A stretch of 63,973 nt of DNA, the filler included, from an uncultured Methanosarcinales archaeon (GTDB lineage Archaea > Nanobdellota > Nanobdellia > Woesearchaeales > B54-G15): assembly GCA_964519225.1 (NCBI GenBank). It is 5 parts of 5 records of this genome, joined end to end, with 100 filler letters (N's around TTAATTAATTAA, not from the genome) between each part and the next. Parts side by side here need not be neighbours in the genome. Positions count along the whole stretch, not along the records: positions 1 to 14,551 come from CAZFJK010000017.1; positions 14,652 to 29,062 come from CAZFJK010000018.1; 3 more parts are not named here. The stretch is one strand, 5' to 3'. Below the pieces are notes generated by a model that made no database searches, was not told the origin of the DNA, and worked only from the letters and a program-made list of their open reading frames with translations. The first letter of the stretch is position 1; each line of letters starts with the position of its first letter. The position numbers and the translations under genes were made by a program. Positions 10,526 through 18,738 of the stretch are shown here, piece by piece.

Positions 10526-10816
10526 ATGTCACCACAAGAATTTTTAGAGGACATTGTTAAAAGAGCAAATGCCCCTAAGGAAAAATTTCGTCAGAGGTTA
10601 AAGGTTTTGAAAAACGTCTGTGAAAAAAAAGGAATAGACTGGAGAGAGATCGTTGGAGAGGATTATACAAGCAAAAAACCTGGAGTTCTGAAGAGAGCGG
10701 TAACGGCTGTTAGCCTTGTTGCTGTGGGTGCTGTTGCTGGAGCGGTTTACCATAAGGAGATCTATTACTGTGTAACAAAAGCTTGCGAATACATTTCAAA
10801 TCTATTTAGGGGGTGA
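10526..10816 (+). CDS. Small hypothetical protein with C-terminal TM helix (operon gene 4)
   Basis: GGAGGTGA SD before ATG 10526; hydrophobic AVTAVSLVAVGAVAGAVY. Confidence 0.75.
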   Translation: MSPQEFLEDIVKRANAPKEKFRQRLKVLKNVCEKKGIDWREIVGEDYTSKKPGVLKRAVTAVSLVAVGAVAGAVYHKEIYYCVTKACEYISNLFRG

Positions 10817-10820
10817 TAAA

Positions 10821-11858
10821 ATGCAAACGCAATATACCCAAAGCCGAGGCGAAGATTATGCCTCTTCTGAGCTTGGAAAAGCGATCGTAAGCAGAGGGAG
10901 GATACCCGAGCTTGAGGCAAAGCTATTCAATGACGAGGATGCAAAGATCGAAGAATATGAGAAGCTTGAGGCCGAACTGGAGCATGCAGATAAGCAGTTA
11001 AAGAAACTCGCATTGGAAAACCTGACTGGATTGAAAGGATTCTTTTATGAAGTGCTCGACAAACTTGGCATTTATTCTGTCGATAAGTTGCTTGAGAGAA
11101 GAGGTAGAGAACTACTCGCAATGAAAAGCAGGTTAGAAGTTCTCGTAAAAAGCTATGAGCGCGAAAGAAGGCGTTTGGACGAAGAATTCAAGGATGTAAG
11201 GGATAAGTTTGTAGCAGCGAGAAACTTACTGCACGACTATGATGTGCTGCTGGAAGAATTAGAGGAAGAAGTGGAGAAGATGAGGAGGGACTACATCAGT
11301 CTCGTAAGCAAAAAACGAGGTCAGGAAAATGGACAAGAGCGAGAGAAAGAGAGGATGGATGATGCGGATATAGCACAGATTAAATATGATTTAGAAGACC
11401 AGATTGCAAAGATTGGGAGTGATATAGAAAATTACAAAGAAAAGAAAGAAAGCGTTTGTGCAAGGATTGTTGAATATAGTGAAGCATTAAGGGTTTATAG
11501 AAGGAGAAGAGAGGTTCTTAACATCATAAAGAGTAAACTATACGAAAGGATAAACGGATTGAGGATATTGTACGAGAGGCTAAGGCTGATCGTGAGGAAT
11601 GGCAATACGAATCTTAGAAACGCTATTGCTGAGTTGAAGATGTCCGAGGGATTGGTAAGAACTTACGTAGATATTGCTGACAAAGCAGAAGAGGTTGAAA
11701 CGAGATTTGTTGAAGCTCTTAGCAAATTGGATGTAAGCACTTCGCCTGGCTCGTCCACTAAAGTGGAGAAAGCTTCATACAAAAGACAGAGTGCAATGGA
11801 AGAGAGAGCAAGGAAGATAATCGAAGCCGAAGAGGATGGTTTCTTAAGGTTGACCTAA
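10821..11858 (+). CDS. Long all-helical coiled-coil protein (operon gene 5)
   Basis: GGGGTGA SD; 345 aa of heptad-rich E/K/R/L sequence with no TM segment. Confidence 0.8.
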   Translation: MQTQYTQSRGEDYASSELGKAIVSRGRIPELEAKLFNDEDAKIEEYEKLEAELEHADKQLKKLALENLTGLKGFFYEVLDKLGIYSVDKLLERRGRELLAMKSRLEVLVKSYERERRRLDEEFKDVRDKFVAARNLLHDYDVLLEELEEEVEKMRRDYISLVSKKRGQENGQEREKERMDDADIAQIKYDLEDQIAKIGSDIENYKEKKESVCARIVEYSEALRVYRRRREVLNIIKSKLYERINGLRILYERLRLIVRNGNTNLRNAIAELKMSEGLVRTYVDIADKAEEVETRFVEALSKLDVSTSPGSSTKVEKASYKRQSAMEERARKIIEAEEDGFLRLT

Positions 11859-11880
11859 TCTTTTTTTCTTCTTTTTCAAA

Positions 11881-13419
11881 ATGGAAATAAACCTCGACGA
11901 TAAAATAGAAATTCAAACCATTCTAGTTGAGAGGAGAGTTTTGAAGGATCCTTTGGTCGGATTTTATGACAGGTTAGACAAAGCAAAAGAACAGACAAAG
12001 GGGATAAACAGCTTTAAGCAGTTTCTTGGTGTTTATGAATGCATAAGAAGAGAATTTCCAGAAGATGCTGCAACACGGGCTTTTGGTGTTTATTGCGGTG
12101 CCTTATCCGGGCTTTATTTGTTAAACGGCGCTGCTGGAAAATTTGACAAGCGCAGTCTTGTGAATTTTGATCTTAATTTCGATAGAGAGGACTATTTTTT
12201 CGTTAGAGATTTGGTAAATTCTTATCTTAACATTGCAGAAAGAACAACACGGAGGGATATTAACAGAGTGACTGGTATTTACCTTGTTTCTGTAGGAAAG
12301 AAGAGCAAGGATTTTCTTGAAAACAGGGTTGATGGCCTTTCTCGGTTCGGAGATTTGAAAGTAGTTATTGGAAATTATGCTATAAAAGGTATTGAAAACG
12401 ATTTTGAAAAGTGGATCTATAAACATGATTCGCGGCATAGCCAAGAGCAAATAATTCGTGAAAGCAAGCCAGTCGCTGTTGAGAAGATAAGTTTTGATGA
12501 AATTGGAGGAAATAAAAAAGCAAAGAAGGAAGCGAAGAGGTTAGTTGATATGATTAAAGATCCTGCTGTTTTAGAGCTGTTCGGCATTACATTACCAAGA
12601 GGAATTTTATTCTATGGTCCGCCTGGAACAGGAAAAACATTACTGGCAAAAGCTATTGCAAGCGAAGCTGGCCTGCCATTTTATGAGATTTCCTGCAATT
12701 CTGTTTTAAGCAAATATGTTGGGGAAAGCGAGCAAAGGTTGACTGCTATGTTATCGAATAAAAATTGTATTTATTTTCTTGATGAGTTTGATTCGCTCGG
12801 CAGAAACAGAGAGGATGAGAATGTTCATCAAGTTTATAGAAACCTTGTTAATATTCTGGCAACTATAATGGACGGAATAAGCACAGATAATACCGACAAA
12901 AGGATTTTCATTGCAAGTGTTAATGACTTGGATGCTGTAGACAGGAAATTGCGCAGGAGCGGAAGGTTTGATAAGGTGATAAGATTCTATGTTCCTGACA
13001 GAGAGGACTTAAAGGAGATTTTTCAAATCCATATGCAAAAAGTACAGGGTAGGGCAAGAATAGATAATTTGTTTGGGCAGGTTGATTTAGATGCTGTTGT
13101 TGATTTTGCTTTCAGAAAAACAAAGCAACTGCAGGAAAGATTTGGTGAGGATGCTGGAATTGTTGGTGCCGATGTTGCTGAAATAATAAAGAGGGTTCTC
13201 GAGGATAAGGTTGAGATTTACAGGGCTACTGGAAAGATTGAACTCCCGAAGAATGAAGATTTCTTCAGAAAAATAGAGAATTACGAATTTGATGCTAAAC
13301 TCGGAAGCGGAAAATCTAACGGAGGTGAAAGAAAATGTACGATCTCATCCCTAACCCTGAAGAATTTGATTCAAAAAAGGGAAGGGAACTCGCAAAAAGA
13401 TTCCTTGAGCAATACGTAG
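11881..13419 (+). CDS. AAA ATPase of the classic clade (Cdc48/FtsH/Vps4-like) with an unrecognised N-terminal domain
   Basis: FDEIGG, Walker A GPPGTGKT, pore loop KYVGE, Walker B YFLDEFD, SRH NDLDAVDRKLRRSGRFD. Confidence 0.9.
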   Translation: MEINLDDKIEIQTILVERRVLKDPLVGFYDRLDKAKEQTKGINSFKQFLGVYECIRREFPEDAATRAFGVYCGALSGLYLLNGAAGKFDKRSLVNFDLNFDREDYFFVRDLVNSYLNIAERTTRRDINRVTGIYLVSVGKKSKDFLENRVDGLSRFGDLKVVIGNYAIKGIENDFEKWIYKHDSRHSQEQIIRESKPVAVEKISFDEIGGNKKAKKEAKRLVDMIKDPAVLELFGITLPRGILFYGPPGTGKTLLAKAIASEAGLPFYEISCNSVLSKYVGESEQRLTAMLSNKNCIYFLDEFDSLGRNREDENVHQVYRNLVNILATIMDGISTDNTDKRIFIASVNDLDAVDRKLRRSGRFDKVIRFYVPDREDLKEIFQIHMQKVQGRARIDNLFGQVDLDAVVDFAFRKTKQLQERFGEDAGIVGADVAEIIKRVLEDKVEIYRATGKIELPKNEDFFRKIENYEFDAKLGSGKSNGGERKCTISSLTLKNLIQKREGNSQKDSLSNT

Positions 13420-14551
13420 ATAGAAGAAAAGTTCCATTGGTAGCGAGGCAGAAATCAAATGGATATCCTTCGCTGCTCGAGTATTTAGCTTATCATGCGC
13501 AGGATTGCAAGTATGTTAATCTGAACGGATACAGAAAAAAAGTTGATGCTGTTGTTGGGCAGGAAAAGACATTGTTTAAGTTGTTGCTTGCTGCAATACA
13601 GCCGAAGAGCTTTTGCTTGGAAGGACCTGCTGGAAGCGGAAAAACATTGATGATGTATTCTTTGCTTAGCTTATTGCCGAGCGAGGATGTCTATCTTTTT
13701 GAGATGAGTACTGATACCGTGCTGTTTTTGCATGCTGAGGAGATTAATAAAAGAAAGATACTGTTTATTCCTGAGTATCAAAAAGTTATTGGAAATGGTG
13801 GAAGAAAAACCCAAGAAGCATTAAAGGCTTTGCTCGAAGGAAGACCAGCTATTCACAGAGAGCGCAGGGGAAAGAATGTAATCGAATACAGGATTGAACC
13901 GATTTACGTTTTTACTGCTATTGCCAGCGAGAACAGACTTAAAAACGAAGTTGATAGGGATAAGGAAGATAGAAGAAGATATGCCCTGATTAAGGTAGAT
14001 GCCAGTCCTGAACAGATGAAAAAGGTTTCTATGTTCAAGGCTAAAAAAAGATTTGATAGGCGAAGAAACTATTTAAGCGAAGAGATAATTGAAGCTCTTG
14101 AACGGCATATAGCAAGATTGATGAATATGCAGTTCGAAGTGTTTGATCCTTTTGCAGAATACATTGCAAGACAAATTCCTGACGTAAGTTCTGCTGCCTG
14201 TTACATAGATGAGTACTTTGATTTTGTGGCTGCATGTGCTAAGTATCACTTTCTTGATAGAAGAATCGAATGCGATGGTAGGAAGTATTTATTTACAAAT
14301 CTGCAGGACCATTTCCTTGTTTGGTGGGCTTACAGGGATGATTTCTTTGATGCATTGAGTTTGCTTGAAGGCAAGGAAATAAGAGCGCCAAAGATAAACT
14401 GGGAAGAATGCTGGAGATTTGGAATTGAGAATATGAAAAGAGCTTTTCCTTATGGTGTTGTTGATGAATGGATAAAAAAGCAATTGAGGTGCGGAAAGGT
14501 TGTTGCGCCAGACTTAGAAAATAAAAGTGATTTTGTGATTGTGGATTATGC
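13335..14551 (+). CDS. AAA+ P-loop ATPase, MCM/primase-associated-helicase-like; truncated at the contig end
   Basis: GGAGGTGA SD; Walker A GPAGSGKT, degenerate Walker B LFIPE, Arg-finger region EDRRRY. Confidence 0.65.
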
Positions 14552-14651
14552 NNNNNNNNNNNNNNNNNNNNNNNNNNNNNNNNNNNNNNNNNNNNTTAAT
14601 TAATTAANNNNNNNNNNNNNNNNNNNNNNNNNNNNNNNNNNNNNNNNNNNN
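14552..14651. other. Artificial contig linker
   Basis: N-run + TTAATTAATTAA (stops in all six frames) + N-run, 100 nt. Confidence 0.98.
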
Positions 14652-15339
14652 GACCGAGCTTGCAGACATAGCTTATTACACGCGAGATGATCGTGAAGCT
14701 GTTGTGGAAGCCGCAAAAACACTTAGGAAGTATGCTGGATTAGAAAGTGCTACGGAGATAGCAAGAGCTCTTTCAGTTGTAGCCTACAAAACAGGAGCGT
14801 CAATTGTTGTAAAAATTGCAAGAATATTGAGGAATAAGGAGGTGTTGGAAGCGATAAAAGCATATCAAGGATCTAAAAAGATTAATACAGTAGTTGAAAC
14901 TATTGAAAATATGGTTTTTTCGGTGGGAACTTCTGAAGCTATTTTAGAGGTTGCAAAGACGTTTAGGGAATATGCTAATGCTGGGTTAGAAGATGTTATT
15001 GAAGAGATAGCAAAAGCTATAGGCCCTTTTGGAATAAGAACCAGGGCTATCGCGGAAGTCGCGGAAATATTGAGAAATAAAAAGGTGCTGGAAACGATAA
15101 AAGCATATCAAGGATCAGAGATGATTAGTACAATATCCGAGGTTATTGGAAATACAGCTAGGCGAACAAGATCCCTTAAAATTGTTAGGAGGGTAGCAAA
15201 AATAATCAAGTGTTATAGGAAAGCAGAGAAAGCTAAAGTGGCGAAAATCACGGATCGGATAGAAGAGCTTATCAAAGACGCTGAAAATCTGCTCGAAGGA
15301 TACAGGGGATTAGAAGAAAACTTCTACTTAAAACCTTAG
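14652..15339 (+). CDS. Alpha-helical repeat protein, 5'-truncated
   Basis: The frame is open from the contig edge. ILRNKxVLExIKAYQGS occurs twice, 243 nt (81 aa) apart. Confidence 0.7.
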
Positions 15340-15588
15340 CAAAATTAATATAACATAAATTTCTTTTATGTTCTGACAAAATGAAAATAAAAGCTGGTGA
15401 TGAAATGAGGGGTTTTGCTATTCAAAGAGTATTCTTGGTTTTCAGCTGACTCCTTGCCAAGCTATCTACCTAAAGAATTGAAAACTTTGTTAGGAGAAAA
15501 AAGCAGAGTTAGTCGGTCTGGAGAGAAAATTAAGTAAATAGTAATTTATACAAAATTTAATAAACATCATCTATTTTCTAAATTTTAA

Positions 15589-16884
15589 ATGCCGCGCAGG
15601 AAAGTTGAGCCCGGTGATGAAGTAGAAATTGTATTAAAAGACGGAACTCGATACAAGGGTATTTTAATGCCTAGACCTGCTTTATATAAAGATGATCATG
15701 TTGTTCTAAAACTTCCAAACGGATATAACATTGGAATAGAGAAGAAGAAGGTTGAAGAAATAAAACTCGTTAAAAGATATGAGGAAAAAAAAGCAAAAAA
15801 GGAAAAACCAAAGAAAAATCCTTCTTTGCCGAACGTTCTGTTGATAAGCTGCGGCGGAACAATAAGCTCGAGAGTTGATTACAGAACAGGAGCTGTGCAT
15901 GCCGATTATACAGCTGAAGATTTTATCGCAATGTGTCCTGAACTAGCTAAAATAGCTAACATAGACGCAAAGCAATTAATGCAAGTGATGAGCGAAGATA
16001 TGAATCATGAAGATTGGATAAAAATTGCCGGGGCTGTTTTTGATGCATTGCAGCACTATGATGGCGTTGTTATAACTCAAGGAACTGATACTTTGCATTA
16101 CACAACTGCTGCGCTTTCTTTTTTCCTTAGGGACATTGGAAAGCCCGTCATTGTTACTGGTGCGCAAAGAAGTATCGACAGGCCAAGCAGTGATGCTTTC
16201 ATGAACTTGGTTTGTTCAGTCATTGCTGCAAAAAGCGACATTGCAGGAGTTTATTGCTGTATGCATGGAACAATAAACGACGATTTTTGTTATTTGCTTA
16301 GGGGAACAAAGGTTAGAAAGATGCATACGAGCAGAAGAGACGCTTTCAGGCCTGTCAATGATTTGCCGATAGCAAAAGTTTTTCCTAGCGGCAAATTAGA
16401 ATTCATTCAAAGTTGTCCAAAAAGAACAAATAGCATTGGAAAACTCGAAGCTTTCTTCGAGCCGAAAGTTGCACTTGTTTATGTTTATCCTGGAATAGAT
16501 CCTGAGGTAATCTCTTTTTACAGGAAGAAACGCTACAAAGGATTGATTCTTGCTGCGACTGCTTTAGGACATGTTCCGACGAACAAGAAAGGGTTTAGTT
16601 TAATTCCTGAATTAAGGAAAGCAATAGCTGATGGAATGATTGTTGTGATTGCGAGTCAAACACTTTACGGAAGGGTTCATCCCTATGTTTATGCTAATTT
16701 AAGAAAGCTTTCAATGGATTTGGGTTGCGTGTTTGCAAGTGATATGTTGCCAGAAGTTGCCTACATTAAACTTGGATGGTTGCTCGGAAAGTATAGAGAT
16801 AAAGAAAAAATAAAGGAATTGATGCAGCATAATTTTGCTGGAGAAATAAACGATAGGCATCTTCCAGATATGTTTTTATTTTAA
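15589..16884 (+). CDS. gatD: Glu-tRNA(Gln) amidotransferase subunit D
   Basis: LKLPNGYNIG, GGTISSRVDYRTGAV, GTDT, GAQRSIDRPSSDA and KMHTSRRDAF motifs. Confidence 0.96.
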   Translation: MPRRKVEPGDEVEIVLKDGTRYKGILMPRPALYKDDHVVLKLPNGYNIGIEKKKVEEIKLVKRYEEKKAKKEKPKKNPSLPNVLLISCGGTISSRVDYRTGAVHADYTAEDFIAMCPELAKIANIDAKQLMQVMSEDMNHEDWIKIAGAVFDALQHYDGVVITQGTDTLHYTTAALSFFLRDIGKPVIVTGAQRSIDRPSSDAFMNLVCSVIAAKSDIAGVYCCMHGTINDDFCYLLRGTKVRKMHTSRRDAFRPVNDLPIAKVFPSGKLEFIQSCPKRTNSIGKLEAFFEPKVALVYVYPGIDPEVISFYRKKRYKGLILAATALGHVPTNKKGFSLIPELRKAIADGMIVVIASQTLYGRVHPYVYANLRKLSMDLGCVFASDMLPEVAYIKLGWLLGKYRDKEKIKELMQHNFAGEINDRHLPDMFLF

Positions 16885-16891
16885 TTTTTAA

Positions 16892-17125
16892 ATGAAGTTA
16901 GTAGATTTACTTAATAAGATACGTTGGGATGAACGCGAAAATGAAGAGAACTATGAAGTTTGGATTTATGACAGGATTGCTAAAAAGGAAAAGAAGATTG
17001 CTTTTAAAATGATAGCAAACATTGGAAAGCGCTTTATGGAGCTAATTGATGGAACTGAAATTCCGTTGCATAGGATAAGAAAAGTTGTTAAGCGAGGTGA
17101 GGTTATTTGGGAAAAGAAAAGATAG
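16892..17125 (+). CDS. DUF504 / MJ1316-like RNA-repair-associated protein
   Basis: LLNKIRWD...IPLHRIRKV...GEVIWEK signature. Confidence 0.85.
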   Translation: MKLVDLLNKIRWDERENEENYEVWIYDRIAKKEKKIAFKMIANIGKRFMELIDGTEIPLHRIRKVVKRGEVIWEKKR

Positions 17126-18525
17126 ATTACGCTAAGCTAGGTTTCAAATGCGGTCTGGAAATACACCAACAGCTGGAAGGAAAAAAGCTTTTTTGCCAGT
17201 GCAGTACTGCCAATGTTCAGCTTAAGCCAGACATCTTCGCCGAAAGAAAGCTGAGAGCTGTTGTTGGTGAAACAGGAATTGTTGATAAGGCAGCTGCTTT
17301 TGAGGCTGCGAAAGGAAAATTGTTTTTATACAGAGCGCATAGTTCTGATTGCTGCTTAGTTGAGCTTGATGAAGAGCCACCACATCCAATAAACCAGGAT
17401 GCTGTGAAAACAGCTGTGGTCATAGCAAGATTGTTGAATGCAAATGTAATTGATGAAATTCAAGTTATGAGGAAGATAGTTATAGATGGAAGCAATGTTA
17501 CAGGATTTCAGAGAACAGCACTCGTTGCGCTTAACGGCTGGATTGAAACAAGTAAAGGTAAGGTTAGCATTCCTACAATTTGCCTTGAAGAAGAAGCCGC
17601 TCAGAAAATTGAAGAAAGCGAAAAAACAACCACATACAAGCTTGATAGGCTTGGAATTCCTTTGATAGAGATAGCAACAGGTCCTGAAATCAAAGATCCT
17701 GAGCATGCTCGGGAAGTTGCTGAAAAGATAGGTTTGATTCTGAGAAGTGTAAAAGGCGTTAAAAGAGGCATAGGAACTATAAGACAGGATGTAAATCTTT
17801 CTATAAAAGGCAGAGCAAGGGTCGAGATAAAGGGATTTCAAGATTTGGAAAGCATACCTAAGATTATAGAATATGAAGTCAAAAGACTGCTTTCTTTGAA
17901 AGAAAAAAATGAACCAGAAGTAAGAAAGGCAAATCCCGATGGAACAACCTCTTTTCTAAGGCCGATGCCAGGCGCAGCAAGGCTTTATCCTGAAACTGAC
18001 ATTCCTCCATTCAAGGTTGATTTTAAGGTTGAGCTGCCTGAGTTGATAGAGGAGAAAATAAAGAAGTATGAAAAACTTGGATTAGATAAAGACTTGGCAA
18101 AAGCTATTGCTAAGTCTGAAAAAAGTGAATTGTTTGATGCTGCTTTAGAAAAAACAAAGTTAAAACCTAGTTTTGTTGCTGAAGTTATATTTTCCAAGCC
18201 GAAAGAATTGCAGAGGGAAGGTGTTGCAGTTGATCGTATTGCAGATAATGTTTTTCTTGAATTGCTTTCATATCTTGAAAAAGAGAGAATAGCCAAAGAA
18301 AGCGTTGAAGAAATTTTACGAGAGGCTGCTTCAAAAGGCAAAGTTAATTTTGAGAGGTATTTTGTTTTATCTGATGTTGAGTTGAAAAAACGGCTTAAAG
18401 ATCTTATTAAAGCATATCCTGGATTACCCTTTAAAGCGTTGATAGGAAAAGCAATGCAAAAGCTTAGAGGAAAAGCAAGCGGAAGAAAAATAGCTGAGTT
18501 CCTTAAAGAACTTCTAAAAAGATAA
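17107..18525 (+). CDS. gatE: Glu-tRNA(Gln) amidotransferase subunit E, short form
   Basis: GLEIHQQL, CLVELDEEPPH, MRKIVIDGSN, GIGTIRQDVN and RPMPGAARLYPETD motifs. Confidence 0.95.
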   Translation: MGKEKIDYAKLGFKCGLEIHQQLEGKKLFCQCSTANVQLKPDIFAERKLRAVVGETGIVDKAAAFEAAKGKLFLYRAHSSDCCLVELDEEPPHPINQDAVKTAVVIARLLNANVIDEIQVMRKIVIDGSNVTGFQRTALVALNGWIETSKGKVSIPTICLEEEAAQKIEESEKTTTYKLDRLGIPLIEIATGPEIKDPEHAREVAEKIGLILRSVKGVKRGIGTIRQDVNLSIKGRARVEIKGFQDLESIPKIIEYEVKRLLSLKEKNEPEVRKANPDGTTSFLRPMPGAARLYPETDIPPFKVDFKVELPELIEEKIKKYEKLGLDKDLAKAIAKSEKSELFDAALEKTKLKPSFVAEVIFSKPKELQREGVAVDRIADNVFLELLSYLEKERIAKESVEEILREAASKGKVNFERYFVLSDVELKKRLKDLIKAYPGLPFKALIGKAMQKLRGKASGRKIAEFLKELLKR

Positions 18526-18600
18526 CGAGCCCGCGGGGATTTGAACCCCGGATCCCCGGCTTAGGAGGCCGGTGCCTTATCCAGACTAGGCTACGGGCTC
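18526..18600 (-). tRNA. tRNA-Arg(CCT)
   Basis: Cloverleaf GAGCCCG...CGGGCTC-G; anticodon arm CCGGC-CT-CCT-AA-GCCGG; T-loop TTCAAAT. Confidence 0.95.
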
Positions 18601-18654
18601 AAAGCTTTTGCTCAAAGAAAAAGTTTTTAATCGATTTAAATTATTTTCTTTTAT

Positions 18655-18738
18655 GCCGCGGTCGCATAACCTGGTATTGCGCTGGCCTTGAGAGCCAGTG
18701 CCCTTCGGGGCGTGTGGGTTCGAATCCCACCCGCGGCG
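18655..18738 (+). tRNA. tRNA-Ser(TGA)
   Basis: Acceptor GCCGCGG/CCGCGGC-G; anticodon arm CTGGC-CT-TGA-GA-GCCAG; long variable arm. Confidence 0.95.

Noticed and set aside
15381..15537. Possible NUDIX C-terminal remnant (LLFKEYSWFSADSLPSYLPKEL...)
   Set aside because: About 40 codons with no Nudix box and no clear start; too weak to call.
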